The notes: generated by a model not told the origin, from the letters alone. A DNA stretch of 64,000 nt from Eledone cirrhosa (GCA_964016885.1 OZ024740.1:337404001-337468000); one strand, 5' to 3'; counted from the first letter of the stretch, positions 40,609-55,283 are shown. Numbers and translations: made by a program.

Positions 40609-41103
40609 ATAAATTCCGACCTCATAACACTTACACCTCACCAAGACAATGTCACTGGACCGAGATCTTTGGCGGTACTCAGTAATAGAGAAGACCCGCC
40701 TTCCTAAATACAAAGTAAAACCTACTACAGTCAGTAGGCATCTCTAACAAAATAGACGCCCGTCCCACCACCCCCACCCCATCCACATTACCCCTTTCAA
40801 TGTAAAGTTATGTTGGTGCAACAACATCCAGGCCGAAACAAATGAGATCGTGTAGGTGTCACGACAAAAAAACACATAGTCCACGCTGTAATGTGGCCGT
40901 GTAGGCAACACGGTAAAAACCTCCCAGCCCCATACTGTAGATGTGGTTGGTGTTAGGAAGGGCATCCAGCTGTAGAAAACCTGCCAGACAGTCCTATGTG
41001 AGCAAGACAACCACTCTTGCCTCAAGTGGGAAAACTCCTGTCCAAACCCATGCAAGCGTGGAACATGGACGTTAAACGATGATGATGATGATGATGATGA
41101 TGA
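40609..41103 (+). mobile_element. RTE LINE 3'-end copy, tandem to the previous copy
   Basis: Last codons, full 3'UTR and (GAT)n tail. Confidence 0.92.
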
Positions 41104-41165
41104 TACATTATGTGATGTTTGCTCTAATCTGTAATCTCTAATCTCTAATCTCTACCTATATATAT

Positions 41166-43374
41166 CATCATCATCATCATCATCATCAACGTTTAACGTC
41201 CGTGTTCCACGCTTGCATGGGTTTGGACGGGGGTAGTCCCACTTGAGGCAAGAGTGATTGTCTTGCTCGCATAGGACTGTCTGGCAGGTTTTCTACAGTT
41301 GGATGCCCTTCCTAACACCAACCACATTTACAGTGTGGGTCTGGGAGGTTTTTACCGTGTTGCCTACACGGCCACATTACAGCGTGGACTGTGTGTTTTT
41401 TTGTCGTGACACCTACACGATCTCATTTGTTTCGGCCTGGATGGCGCGGCACCAACATAACTTTACATAGAACGGGGTGGTGTGGATGGGGTGGGGGTGG
41501 TGGCGGGATGGGGTGTATTTTGTTAGAGATGCCTACTGGCAAGGCGGGTCTTCTCTGTTACTGAGTACCGCCAAAGGTCTCGGTCCAGTGACATTGTCTT
41601 GGAGAGGTGTAAGTGTGTGAGGTCGGAGTTTATCAGCTCGTCCCAGGTTTTTCTAGGTCTGCCTATTCCGTGGCTACCGTCTATCTTTATTGCCCTGCAC
41701 TTTGTTATACAGCTATCGACTTTCATGCGCATCACGTGTCCATACCAACGTAGCCTTCTCTCAAGTAAACAACATCTGATCCCTCTTATCTCTAATTTTT
41801 TCCTTAGTTCGTTTATGCTTTGCCGTTCACGTATATTACTGTTACACATCCAGTGGAGCATGCAAGCTTCGTTCCTCTCTAGTCTGCGTATATCCTCTGC
41901 ACACAATGCCCAGGTCTCACTGCCATGCAACATTGCTGTTCGTATGCAGGCATTGTACAACCTGCCTTTCATTTTTAGGGAGAACCCTTTAGCAGCTAAT
42001 AGTGGTATAAGCTCTCTGAACTTTTTCCAACCAGAGCACCCTCCCCCACTGCTGATTTTATCGCCCAGGTAACGGAAGCTGTCCACTATTTCTATAGAAC
42101 CCTCTGCGCAATTGAAGGAGCTAGTATTTTGTGGGCACTTGCTGCTACTTATTGCACCAGAACACCGGCCACATGTAAAATCTATGTTCTTAGTTAGCTT
42201 ACCTGTGATCCCACTACATCATTTATGCACCCATACTTTGCATTTAGGACATAAAATGGAGTTTCTACCTACGCCTTTCCTACACACCGAGCATGACCAT
42301 TTCCCAGAAGGGACCGCCGCCTTGTTTTCTTTCCTACAAACTAGAACTTTAGTCTTAGCCAGGTTAATTTTAAGTCCTTTTGACTCTAGGCCGTGCTTCC
42401 ATGTTTGGAATTTCTTCTCTAGCTCGGCCATTGATTCCGCTATGAGTGTCAGGTCGTCTGCGTATAGGAGTTCCCATGGGCAGCCGGTCTTGAACTCCTC
42501 TGTTATAGCCTGAAGGGCAATAATAAATAGTAGGGGGCTGAGAACAGAGCCCTGATGGACGCCAACTTTTACGCTAAACTCTTCACTATATTCGTTGTTA
42601 ATTCTAACCTTGCTGACTGTTTCTTTATACATGGCTTGTATAGCCCTCACAAGCCATTCGTCAACGCCTAGTTTTCTAAGAGCCCACCAGATAATGGAGC
42701 GGGGGACTCTGTCGAAGGCTTTCTCCAAGTCGACAAAAGCTAAGTAGAGGGGTTTACCTTTAGCTAGGTACTTCTCCTGTAGTTGTCGTACTATGAAAAG
42801 AGCGTCTGTGGTACTTTTGCCTGACACAAACCCGAACTGCATTTCATCTAGGTCAATTCTCTCTCTGATTAGTTGCGCTATTACTTTTTCCGTGACCTTC
42901 ATGACCTGGTCGATTAATTTAATGCCTCTATAGTTACTCCTATCTAGGGCGTCTCCTTTACCCTTATAACAGTTAACGATGATGCTGCTATGCCAGTCCT
43001 TCGGAACAACCCCATTCTGTACGACTTGGTTAACTATGCGGGTGACCATGGTGTGTCCCACCGTGCCAGATGCCTTCAGCATCTCAGCAACTATTTCCGA
43101 AGGCCCAGCCGCCTTACCCGTCTTCATATCCTTGATTGCCTTACTTATTATACTCCCCTCGACTAACACTGCTGGTCCCTCTATTGGGTCGATATGGGGG
43201 AGACTCTTTCTCCCATTTATTCTCCTCATTTAGTAGCCTTTCATAGTGACACTTCCAAGCTACCTTCTTATCAGCGTCGGTGATGGCAAGTATGCCATCA
43301 TCATTAAGTACACACTTCTCCCCGACAATATCACGGTTTTCCTTGACGCATTGCCTAGCAATCCTGAACACCTC
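41166..43374 (-). mobile_element. Young RTE LINE, 5'-truncated copy with small deletions and a stop
   Basis: ORFs 42219-43229 and 41523-42086 carry the RT motifs; both ends sit in (TA)n. Confidence 0.95.
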
Positions 43375-43410
<36 letters not shown>

Positions 43411-43424
43411 TTTCAACAACGATT

Positions 43425-43720
43425 GTTCCAGTTGATTCAATCAATGACACTCTTTGTTGATGAAATTAATATGTAAATGGTTGACACATGCACTTTTAAT
43501 GTAGTTCACAGGGAGATTTGGTATGACACAGTCTGTGATAAGGTTGGCTTCTTGAATTACAGGCACAACACATTTTTACCAGGTGAGGTAACAGGAGCAA
43601 TGGGAAATAAAGTTTCTTGCTCAAGGACACAATGTGCTGCTGAAATTTGAAACCACAATTATAAGGTTGTGATTGTGAGTTTATAACCTTATGATTGTGA
43701 GCTGAACCACTAAGCCACAT
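43425..43720 (-). mobile_element. CORE-like SINE (family B), diverged
   Basis: Reverse complement of GTGGCTTAGTGG head and CCTTGAGCAAGAAACTTTATTTC. Confidence 0.6.
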
Positions 43721-44029
43721 CCATACATAGTAAACATATGTAAAACATTCCAAAATTCTGCATGTACACATGTACAGTTACAAAGCATATGCACATGCAC
43801 ACATATAACTCAGAACATCCACATCCACACATACAATAACATCCATACCTACACACACACGCATGCAGACATATAAACATAGCTACTTAGTTGATGTTGA
43901 CTAAATTCCAATAAAAGTCTTGTGTCTGTGTTAGAAACCAACTCTCTCACTATTAGTAGAAATTTATAAAATTATAAAACCAGAAGAAAATATTTACACA
44001 CATACATACATACACGCACAAATGCGCAT

Positions 44030-44068
<39 letters not shown>

Positions 44069-45544
44069 CGCATTCAAAAATACACACAGACATAATTACA
44101 TACTACTGTGCACACAAACAAATGTGTTGAAACACATAAACATCTGCAGCCACACACACACACGTGCATGCACATAGATGAATACCTGTACAGATATATA
44201 CAAACGAATACATATGCACACTTACATGCACACTTACATGTACACATACATGCACATGAATACTTAAACACATACATATACATGTATACATAAACACATA
44301 TATACATATATATATGCACTTACATACAAACATGTGCATGAAATATATACATGCAGACCAAACACACATAACTTCTCAAATTCAATACATTATTTTAATT
44401 TTATTTCATGACATTTATTTCATGACAAAAATTTTCTGTTTAAATTTCCTTTTTAAATTTTATAAATTTTTAGTCATATAATTTTATGATCATTAAATTA
44501 AAATATTAATCAATAAATTTATATTTACCCTGTTTAATAACATTGCTAAATGTTCGTAAACTATATGAAACTCTTTACATAGTAGATAGTATTATTCAGT
44601 TAATAGAATTATATGGTTAATACCATTATATATTTAATAGCATTATATAGTTAATAGCATTAATTATATAGTTAATAACATGCATATTTAGATTATATAT
44701 AACATATTCTTTTATATATATTATACCTTCATTTTACATACAACATTTACAATCATCATCATCATCATCATTTAACATCCAATTTTAACGCTTGCATGGG
44801 TTGGACAGGTTGTCATGTTATGAGACAAATCAGGTCAGGTGATTACATCTTGCTCATACGGATCTGTATTTTGGCTTGGTTTTTATGGTTGGATGCTCCC
44901 CCTAAAACCAACCACATTACAGGGTTGACTGGATGCTTTTTATCATGACACCTGCACAACCACCTTACAGGGTGGACTGGGAGCTTTTGTTGTGTCACCA
45001 GCATGACCACCTTATAGGGTAGACTGGGAGTTTTTGTTGTGTCACCAGCAGGAATTGAGGTTTTCTAGATCTAGTAGATAAGTGGCATACTAGTTTTTCA
45101 TGTAATATACATTAGTTGTGTGGACCTGTAACTTCTGATGAAATCACAAGGGCACCATCATGACACAGGGCATGTCATGGGCACTTTAAACCTGGCAGAA
45201 CACCTATTTCCTCTCCAAGTCTGAACACAGTTGATTTTCTTCTTCTTCTTCTTCTTCTTCTTCTTCTTCTTCTTCTTCTTCTTCTTCTTCTTCTTCTTCT
45301 TTGATCTAGGTACTGAACTGGTACTTTTTATTGACCTCAAAAGGATCCTAAGAGGGGGTTTAACTCAGGGAGTTGTTCAGAGAGCTGGAACAAATACCAG
45401 TAAACATTCAATCTGATCTTCTAATGACTGTCAATTTGCCTCCTTCCTTTCATGTCATATTTGCATATAAAAAAGGTGTGACTTATTCATAAGCACGTGT
45501 AGTAATTGTAATATTCATATTGTAATATTTATATGTGTGTAAGT

Positions 45545-45818
45545 GCGAGGCTTAGTGGTAAGGGTGCTGGACTTATGATCATAATGTTGTGGGTTCGATT
45601 CTTGGGCTGGGTTACGTGTTGTATTCTTGAGCAAAACACTTCATTTTACATTGCTCCAGTATACTCAGCTGAAAATGAGTACCAGCAATAGCTGGGGGTT
45701 TAACCCTGTGATGGACTGGCATCCTATCCAGTGGGGAGTTTTGCACTCTCAGTCTCTTCAAGCCATGAAACCAGGATAAGCACTGGCCTAATGAGCCTTC
45801 TAGCTTAAGACAGACTTT
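45545..45818 (+). mobile_element. tRNA-headed SINE with CORE-like and V-domain-like segments
   Basis: A/B boxes, CTTGAGCAAAACACTT, AACCCTGTGATGGACTGGCATCC, GGATAAGCACTGGCC tail; sister copy at 55007-55283. Confidence 0.75.
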
Positions 45819-47712
45819 AGAATATTTATATGTACACTACATTTTGATTGACTTGGTCTCTAATTGTCATCTGGTGTTTGATGACGTTATTATAACCCCA
45901 GGTCAACCTTGATCATACAAACCTATAATCAAAGATTATGAACATTACATCCCATTTTAAAATTTAGACACAGTGTATCAAGGACTACATTATACAATGC
46001 CACTTATCTCCTGGACCTAGAAAACCTCAATTCAAAATATGTGGTATATTGTAAATATTGTATGTAAAATGGGGATGTGATCGTATGTGGTATTTGTTTT
46101 AGATCTTTAAGTTCCAATTCCATTGTAGATTACCTAGTTGATAGACTTGATTAGTCATTTAGCTTAACATTACCACCTTGCTCTTAAGTAAGTTTAACTC
46201 TGTTGCAAGCTTTCAAGCTAGATCTCTCATTAAACGAGCATTTTCTCCACCCCTCCCACCATCTTCCAGTTACTGACTAAACAGTAAAAAAAAAAAAGAT
46301 AAAAAAAAAAAAGAAAACAGATGTATACTGAATTGTGTCTCGGGTAGAAATGGAGGAGGCTGGTGTCAGCTTAGGTTAGCATAATTTTGAAGATGCCGTT
46401 CTTGAATAATTATCAAAAACTATCTTTTCTCATTTGTTGATGATCATATTAAAATGATCAGAAATATATTTTCAGCTAAGTCTTTACTACTCATCTCTGA
46501 CAGTTAGACATCTATAATAGAATTATCTTGATAAAAAATTAATTATAATATTATTTTTTGAAAAGTCTAAATTAAGAAAAGAATGAAAACATTCAGACTT
46601 GACTTTTTTCTATAGTTATGATATCTGTTCTATCATGCAAATAGACAACTGTTCTATTATTAATGAGATCTGCAGACGTGAATTTTTTTTTTAAAATAGA
46701 GAAAAAAAATCTCTGAGATAGTGTCTCTGTAATATAAATTCTTTTTTCACTGATTGGTTCAATAGTCATTGTTAACTTATTAATAAGTAATATATTTGAA
46801 CAAAACAATATCACATTCATCAACATCTTTGTGGTCTTTATTGAGTTTATTCAATTTCTCTGTATTGATTTACAAGAAGATCTGAGCATTAGTCACCAAA
46901 GATGTTTGAAGTGTGTTAATACTTATAACTTGAGCGTTTGCAATAGCACACACTTTGTATTAATTATTACACTGCACGGTGTGTATTGTTATATCATGAT
47001 TAAAGGGTGGTTGATTGACAGAATTGTTAGAGTGTTGGACAAAATGTTTTATGGTACTACTTAATCATGATACTTTACATTCTTAGCTTAAATCATGCCA
47101 ACGTTGACAGGGAAGATGGTGGTGGTATGGTGGATGTCATTTAAATAAAAACTAGTGAAGTTAATTTTCTTCTTTCCTCCCTTTCTCTCACCAGGCCCTG
47201 AAAAAAATGTCACAATCTGTCCACCAGGGCTGCAGGGTGGCCAGCACATGGGCCCCATTTGCTCATCATAGTGAGAGATGGGGAGACAGGAGAGACAGAG
47301 GCAGTGACAGTTGGTGTTTGGACCTTGTGTATGTGCATATGTTTCATGAACACACACTCATGTATAGATTTATGACACTGTGTATCTAGAAATACATTCT
47401 GTAATATGTCATAGCCCCCCTTCCTATAACTGTCATCTATATAATACTAAAAGTCTGTGATTGCTTGCTTGTCTGTAATGTAATACAGCGAAAAGGGCGC
47501 ATAATGGGAAAATACTTTGAAAGGAAGTTCACCCTGAAATGGGAATAAAAATGGAATAAAACAAGTTTCAGGTAAATCGGAGCATGGGTTCCTGAGGTAC
47601 GGGGTTTTTCCAGGTACCTTCATAAATAGAAAGAGAGAAAAGAATAGAGAGAAAGAGATAGTGGGTGTGAGAGAGTAGATTGAAAGAGATAGTGGGTGTG
47701 AGAGAGTAGATT

Positions 47713-47800
<88 letters not shown>

Positions 47801-47945
47801 AGGAAAATGGATGAGAGAGAGAGAGAGCTGGTGGTGTTATTGAATGAAATTATAACTGGTGACTTCAAAGAAACAAATACAGCATTACTGTATCCTGCTA
47901 AATAGAAAGGGTTTCTAAGTGTGTGTGTGAATATATATATATATA

Positions 47946-48630
47946 TCATCATCATCATCGTTTAACGTCCATCTTCCATGCTAGCATGTGTTAGATGGGA
48001 ATTGTCCCACTTGAGGCAAGATTGATCGGGTGACCGTGTCTCACTCGTATAGGACTGTATCTGGCAGGTTTTCTACAGCTAGATGCCCTTCCTAACACCA
48101 ATCATATTTACACTGTGGACTGGGATCCTTTTTACCGTGTTTCTTACACCACTACATTACAGCGTGGACTGTGTGTCTTTTTGTTATGACACCTATACAA
48201 TCTCTTTAGTTTGGACTGGATGTTGTGGTACCAACATAACTTTACAGAAAAAGGGTGGTGTTGGTGGGAGTGGGAGGATGGAGTAGGGGTAGTTGGTTGG
48301 GGTGTATATTTGGTTAAGAGGGGCCTACTGACTGTAGGTTAACTTTGCACATAGGGAAAGTGGGTCTTCTGTATTACTGCATGGTGCCAAAGATCCCGAT
48401 CTAGTGACATTGTCTGAGAGAGGTGTAAGTGTGCAAGGTCGGATTTTGTCATGTTGTTCCAGGTTTTTCTGGGTCTACCTACTCCATAGTTTCCATCAAT
48501 TTTGATTGCCCTGCACTATTTTATACAGGTATCGTCTTTCATGCACATCACATGACCACACCAACATAATCTTCGCTCAAGTAAACAGCATCGGATCCCT
48601 CTTATTCCTAATTTCTCACTTAGTTCGTTT
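47946..48630 (-). mobile_element. Diverged RTE 3' fragment (long-UTR subfamily)
   Basis: Colinear with the 3' end of the young copies but with many substitutions. Confidence 0.85.
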
Positions 48631-48823
48631 ATGTTTGTTTTATATATATATGTGTGTGTGTGTTTGTGTGTATATGTGTGTGTGTGTTTGTGTGTGTATA
48701 TATATATGTGTGTGTATATATATATATGTGTGTGTATATATATATATGTGTGTGTATGTGTATGTATGCATATATATATGTGTATGTGCCTGTGACCGGT
48801 GTATATAGGTTACAGACACCCGC

Positions 48824-48857
<34 letters not shown>

Positions 48858-49278
48858 GCACAGGCATATATATATGGGCTTTCCAATTTCATTCTACATT
48901 ATATACACTATCAGAAAAACCAGCCTCGGGTTGTTTTCTGTTAATATGTGTAGTGTGCATATTGATATTATACGCAGGTATATACATCAAATAAAATCGT
49001 AATTGACTATATATAATACATAGAAATTGAACAAAGACTCCGTTACACTGTCTTATTTAATCAGTAACGTAATCCATGATACATTAAAAAAGACGATATT
49101 ATATATAAACTGCATTAGGAGAAAATTAGTGACAGAAAATTAGTATGTTTATTTAAGCGATGGCCAACCGGAAGTATTGACATTTCAGAAATTTTAAAGA
49201 AGTGAATCTTTAAATAAACAAAATATATTTAATGAACAGCCACGAAATTTAGTAGATAAATTATGTAATATTCATTTC

Positions 49279-49497
49279 CTGCCGAGGTTAACTTTGCCTT
49301 TCATCCTTACGGGGTCGATAAAATAAAGTACCAGTAATGTACTGGGTAATTGCTGGCCTTGTGCCAAAAGTAGAAACAATTATTTATTCAATGGTTAACT
49401 TTGCCTTTCATCCTTTACGGGGTCGATAAAATAAAGTACCAGTAATGTACTGGGTAATTGCTGGTCTTGTGCCAATAGTAGAAACAATTATTTATTC
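49279..49497 (+). mobile_element. Two tandem 3' halves of SINE family A
   Basis: Core repeated at 49279 and 49394. Confidence 0.8.
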
Positions 49498-50245
49498 AAA
49501 GTAATCCAACTTATTTTACTAATGGGATAAAAAAATTATAAACTGTATGCAGTCCTGCGCTCCTCCCTTTATTATAGTTTAGATGTCTGTGTATATTTTG
49601 ATTATTTGAAAATTATTTATAAGTGAACTTGATCCAATAGGCCACGGGTGGTCTAGTAACAAATAAAAATGTGCTGGATTATTAGATTTTAAGTCCTTTT
49701 GTTACCACATTTCTAATGAAAAACACTGCATATCATTTTCAAATAATTACAAAAATTGGAGGGATTTAATGATATATATCTAACTTTTCCATTATTTAGT
49801 TAGTGTTGGAGCATAACTTAACAAAGGTTCTTATATAACATTATCATGGAGGGGTTTTAGATAAATAAAAACATTTTAAAATAACCAGTTTTGTATCATA
49901 GAACAAGGGGCAGTTTCAAGTAGTTTGGTATCAAAAGCAGTATTTGACTGTATATCTCATGACTATGTACCAAATCCTTATTGGTGATTCTAAAACCATC
50001 TTGACAGATTTCTTATACTTAGTTTGCTTCAACATCAGCCCTCTGATATACTCTGAAGTCCCTTATACTCTGAAGAAGGGAATTTTAAGTCCCGAAATAT
50101 TAGGACAAAAGAAACAACAGACCCTAAAAAACAACAAAAAACAAAAACAAAGCTTACCAGGTAACTTACTTTTTCGTTACCTTCATCTTACAGTCCATTT
50201 TGCCTTATTTAGCCTTATATCACTTTCCACATTATATATATATGA

Positions 50246-51523
50246 CTAGAGTCAAAAGGACTTAAAATTAACCTGGCTAAGACCAAAGTACTAGTTTGTA
50301 GGAAAGAAAACAAGGCGGCGGTCCCTTCTGGGAAATGGTCGTGCTCGGTGTGTAGGAAAGGCGTAGGTAGAAACTCCATTTTATGTCCTAAACGCAAAGT
50401 ATGGGTGCATAAAAGATGTAGTGGGATCACAGGTAGGCTAACTAAGAACATAGATTTTACATGTGGCCGGTGCTCTGGTGCAATAAGTAGCAGCAAGTGC
50501 CCACAAACTACTAGCTCTTTCAATTGCGCAGAGGGTTCTATAGAAATAGTGGACAGCTTCCGTTACCTGGGCGATAAAATCAGCAGTGGGAGAGGGTGCT
50601 CTGAAAGTACTGTAGCTAGAGTCAGAACTGGTTGGAAAAAGTTCAGAGAGCTTATACCACTATTAGCTGCTAAAGGGTTCTCACTAAAAATGAAAGGCAG
50701 GTTGTACGATGCCTGCATACGAACAGCAATGCTGCATGGCAGTGAGACCTGGGCATTGTGTGCAGAGGATATACGCAGACTAGAGAGGAACGAAGCTTGC
50801 ATGCTCCGCTGGATGTGTAACAGTAATATACGTGAACGGCAAAGCATAAACGAACTAAGGAATAAATTAGAGATAAGAGGGATCAGATGTTGTTTACTCG
50901 AGAGAAGGCTACGTTGGTATGGACACGTGATGCGCATGAAAGTCGATAGCTGTATAACAAAGTGCAGGGCAATAAAGATAGACGGTAGTCACGGAATAGG
51001 CAGACCTAGAAAAACCTGGGACGAGCTGATAAACTCCGACATCACACACTTACACCTCTCCAAGACAATGTCACTGGACCGAGACCTTTGGCGGTACTCA
51101 GTAACAGAGAAGACCCGCCTTACCTAAATATATAGTAAAACCTACTCCAGCCAGTAGGCATCTCTAACAAAATACACCCCGTCCCACCACCCCCACCCGA
51201 TCCACACCACCCCGTTCTATGTAAAGTTATGTTGGTGCCGCGCCATCGAGGCCGAAACAAATGAGATCGTGTAGGTGTCACGACAAAAAAACACACAGTC
51301 CACGCTGTAATGTGGCCGTGTAGGCAACACGGTAAAAACCTCCCAGACCCACACTGTAAATGTGGTTGGTGTTAGGAAGGGCATCCAACTGTAGAAAACC
51401 TGCCAGACAGTCCTATGCGAGCAAGACAATCACTCTTGCCTCAAGTGGGACTACCCCCGTCCAAACCCATGCAAGCGTGGAACACGGACGTTAAACGTTG
51501 ATGATGATGATGATGATGATGAT
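50246..51523 (+). mobile_element. Young RTE LINE, 5'-truncated copy
   Basis: Almost identical to 39330-40606; ORF 50348-51127; TA runs at both ends. Confidence 0.95.
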
Positions 51524-52597
51524 ATATATATATCCTTGCAAGCAGGGAAAAGCGGACATAAAATGATGATGATGATGATGATGATATATATACTGTCCAA
51601 GTCATCACCCTGTCATATCTCACCACCCTAGCACACTTGTCACACACTCATGGCATAATAGTACTTACCACTCTTCTTATCCATCATCCTATTCATTCTT
51701 GTAGGGAGAAGTCTAGTGCCCATGCCACAAAAAAAGGCACAGGGTATACTCTGTAAATTGGTTGGTGATAGGAAGGACATCATGCTATAGAAAAGTGTTG
51801 CTTGTGATAAGACCCTCTGGGAGGTGTATTTGATGATTCTACCCTCATAAGACTCTCAAGAAGAAAAAGGAGGAGGAGTAGAAGGAGAAGCAGCAGTTCA
51901 CAGGCCAAAGAAACAAAGCAAAACAGATGGAAAACATTGACTATGCTCTCTAGCTGGATCATTGTAATTTTCACATGAAGGGTAGAATCCCTTCCTTTGA
52001 TCAGTGAATCAGTAGTTTTACACTCACATATCTGATTCATCTTCTACATCTAACTCATACCTGCCCCTCCTCTACACTAACATCCCCGATCCAATTTCCC
52101 TGTCCAACCCATGCCAACATTGAAAGTCTGACATGCCTCACAATATATTGCTAGTCATCACTCACTTACTTCAAGGCCACCCAACACTTGTTCTCCGACT
52201 GTGGAATGATCCCCTCTCCAGGCAAACAACATATAGCCTGCCCCCATTCTTATTACTGCTTTCCCCAGCCTGACCAAAGGCCTACAGAGCACCCTAATGT
52301 TGTGATGGGGTAGTGCTGGTGCAATAATAAAACACACCGAACTCACTCTATAAGGGGATCATGTTCATACCACAGTAAAATGCATTTAGCCTATTCTGTA
52401 AAGTAATAATTCTGGTGTCATGATAAAAAAACACTCAGATCACCCTGTAGGATGGTAGTGCTGATGCCATGATATAATGCCCCCAGTGGTTGCCATTAGG
52501 AAGAGCATCTAGCCATAGAAACGAAGCCCAAAACAAAACATATGATCAAGACATGGCTACCTGACCAGTCTAACCTCAGAAAATAGATGATGATGGT

Positions 52598-52702
<105 letters not shown>

Positions 52703-55006
52703 GCGCGCACATATATATATATATGTATATATGTATATATTTTTATGCACATACATATGAATATATAATATAAGCATAACAGTTAAAATCATATATTCAC
52801 ACCAACACATTTATGTACATATGTATAATTCCTCTAGTATTTAGTAGCAAGTTAAATAATGCTATTTTAGAGTGATATTATGGCAATGTGTAGCTATTTA
52901 TATAACTCTTTGTTAAAACAACTGCTAGTAATAATTGATCTCTTCCTGGCCTTACATTTTAAAAATACATTTTCATTGCAGTTAACCAGAAGCTATTTCA
53001 TATAACATATTTCATATTATTTTGCTCTTAGATGTCTCCATTTATCTTAGCGCTGCCATTAAGTATTAACAACAACAACAAACAACTGCAGTAGCAACAA
53101 CAACAAAACCACAACAAGAACAACTACAACCGCAACAACAACTGAAACCACCACAACAATAACAACGCCTGCTTTCTAAACTAGCATATCAAAACAAAAA
53201 GCAGTATTTCATGATAGATGAAGGTTTTGGTTGTTGTTTGAAGTTGAGGCGGAATAAGCTGTGTTTTTCATTTGAAATAGGTTGAATTACTTCTGTAAGA
53301 TATAATGGCTTTTGTCTCACTGCTATCTGTGTGTTTTATTAGCAATAGGAAACTTTAATGCTCTCTTGTTGCCTGTTAGAAACAGTTTTCTTAATGGAGC
53401 AGAAAAACAATGAAGAAATTGGACTTAGGTGATGCCTATAGTTGTTGTGTTGTTGTCTTTTTGCAGTTTTCCAATGATTTTTAGTGCCACCAATATTATC
53501 AAAATACAACACAGCAATTAATATTGCAGATAAGACATTTTACTTTTGCTTTTACACATGTAACAGAATATTCTAGATATAAACTGAATTTGAGAAGAAT
53601 GCTGGCAGCGAACCAGAACCAAAAGTTCTGATATGCCAGATATTCAAAAGTAAGGAAGAGCTCAGTATAATGTCATTGTTATTTAGCCCTAGGTTAGCCT
53701 TTGTTGAGCAGACTTATATTGGTAGCGAGATATTGAAAGCAGATAATCTGTGGAAGCTGGAAATAAATGTGTTGGGTATGATCTGTTGGATGTGTAATGT
53801 TAACATGTCCAAAAGATGAAGTACAAGTGAATGAAAAGAGTGACTAGGTATTAAAAGATTCAATAAAATACAACGGTGGAAAGTGACTCACAAATGTAGA
53901 TACAATGGGACGTATGACTTGAACAAAATATATTTAAACTCCAGTTAGAAGACTGAATAGACACAAAAACCCACACATAGACTCCTGTACACACTGAAAA
54001 GATTATATTTACAGACGACTTTACACATACACACAGAATACTGCATATTTACAAACTTCTGTGTACATACACATAGAATATTGTATATGCATATAATACT
54101 GTATTTGTACAGAATTCTGTATATATATATACATAGTATACTGTAGGACTACAGAATACATGCCAACTACTGAAGACACACAGGAAATTGTATGCACATA
54201 GAAGACTGCTATATATTCACAGAAGACTGCACATATATTGGTGTCTGGGCCTCTTTAGTTAAAGTGATGGTGGTAGTGGGGGTGAAGAGGTTGATTTTCC
54301 AGAAATATTATACAGATAAAAACACAAATACCAATTTTTAATAAAAAGTCTTTTTATCAATCGACAATACACAGTTAATACAAATCATACAACATGCAAC
54401 TTAAAAGAAAGATTATTTTCTGCTTTTCTTAACACCAAAAATATCAATTACTTGGTCAACATTTTGGCCAACAGACATGTTAGTATACTTTTGCTCAATA
54501 TTCAGTATTATCAGTCTATTGAATTGTGTTTGGTCCATTGTACTCTGCTTCAAATATTTTTTTCATTCATTTGAGGCTGCTGTAGGGAACTCTGTAGAAC
54601 ATTATATGGTAGAAATACAATATATACTCACGTAAAATTGTTCCTAACCCCTTTTTGCCCCCCAAATTAGGATGCTTTGCATGAATCATTATAATCATCC
54701 TCATCATCACTGCTTAATGTCCATGCTAGCATGGGTTAGACAGATTGTGCTGTTGTGAGACAAGTCAGATCAGATGACCATGTCTTGTTCATACAGAGCT
54801 GTTTCTGGCTTGGCTTCTATGACTCGATGCCCTTGCTAATGTCAACCACATTTACAGTGTAGACTGGGTGCTTTTTGATGTGTCACCAAAACAACCACTC
54901 TTGGTTCTTTATAAATTAGGGATTAACATTTGTAGATCAAGGTATTATTCTGAACATAAATATTACAATGAAAAAATTAATTTTACTACACTGTTACGTC
55001 CTGAGT

Positions 55007-55283
55007 GGAGGCATGTGGTAAGGGGATCGGAGGACTTATGATAATAATGTTATAGGTTCAATTCCTGGATTGGGTTGCCTGTTGTGTTCTTGAGCAAAAC
55101 ACTTCATTTTACATTGCTCCAGTATATTGAGCTGAAAATGAGTGCCAGCTATAGTTGGGGGGTTAACCCTGCGATGAACTGGCATCCTGTCCAGGGGGGA
55201 GTCTTGTATTAACAGCCGCTTCATGCCACAGAAACTAGGATAAGCACTGGCCTGATGAGCCTTCAAGCTTGAGACAGACTTTA
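55007..55283 (+). mobile_element. tRNA-headed SINE with CORE-like and V-domain-like segments
   Basis: AACCCTGCGATGAACTGGCATCCTGTCCAGGGGG; matches 45545-45818. Confidence 0.75.

Noticed and set aside
55251-55283. CTGATGAGCC as a hammerhead core
   Set aside because: No GAAA follows; it is the ordinary tail of the V-like SINE and reads CTAATGAGCC in the sister copy.
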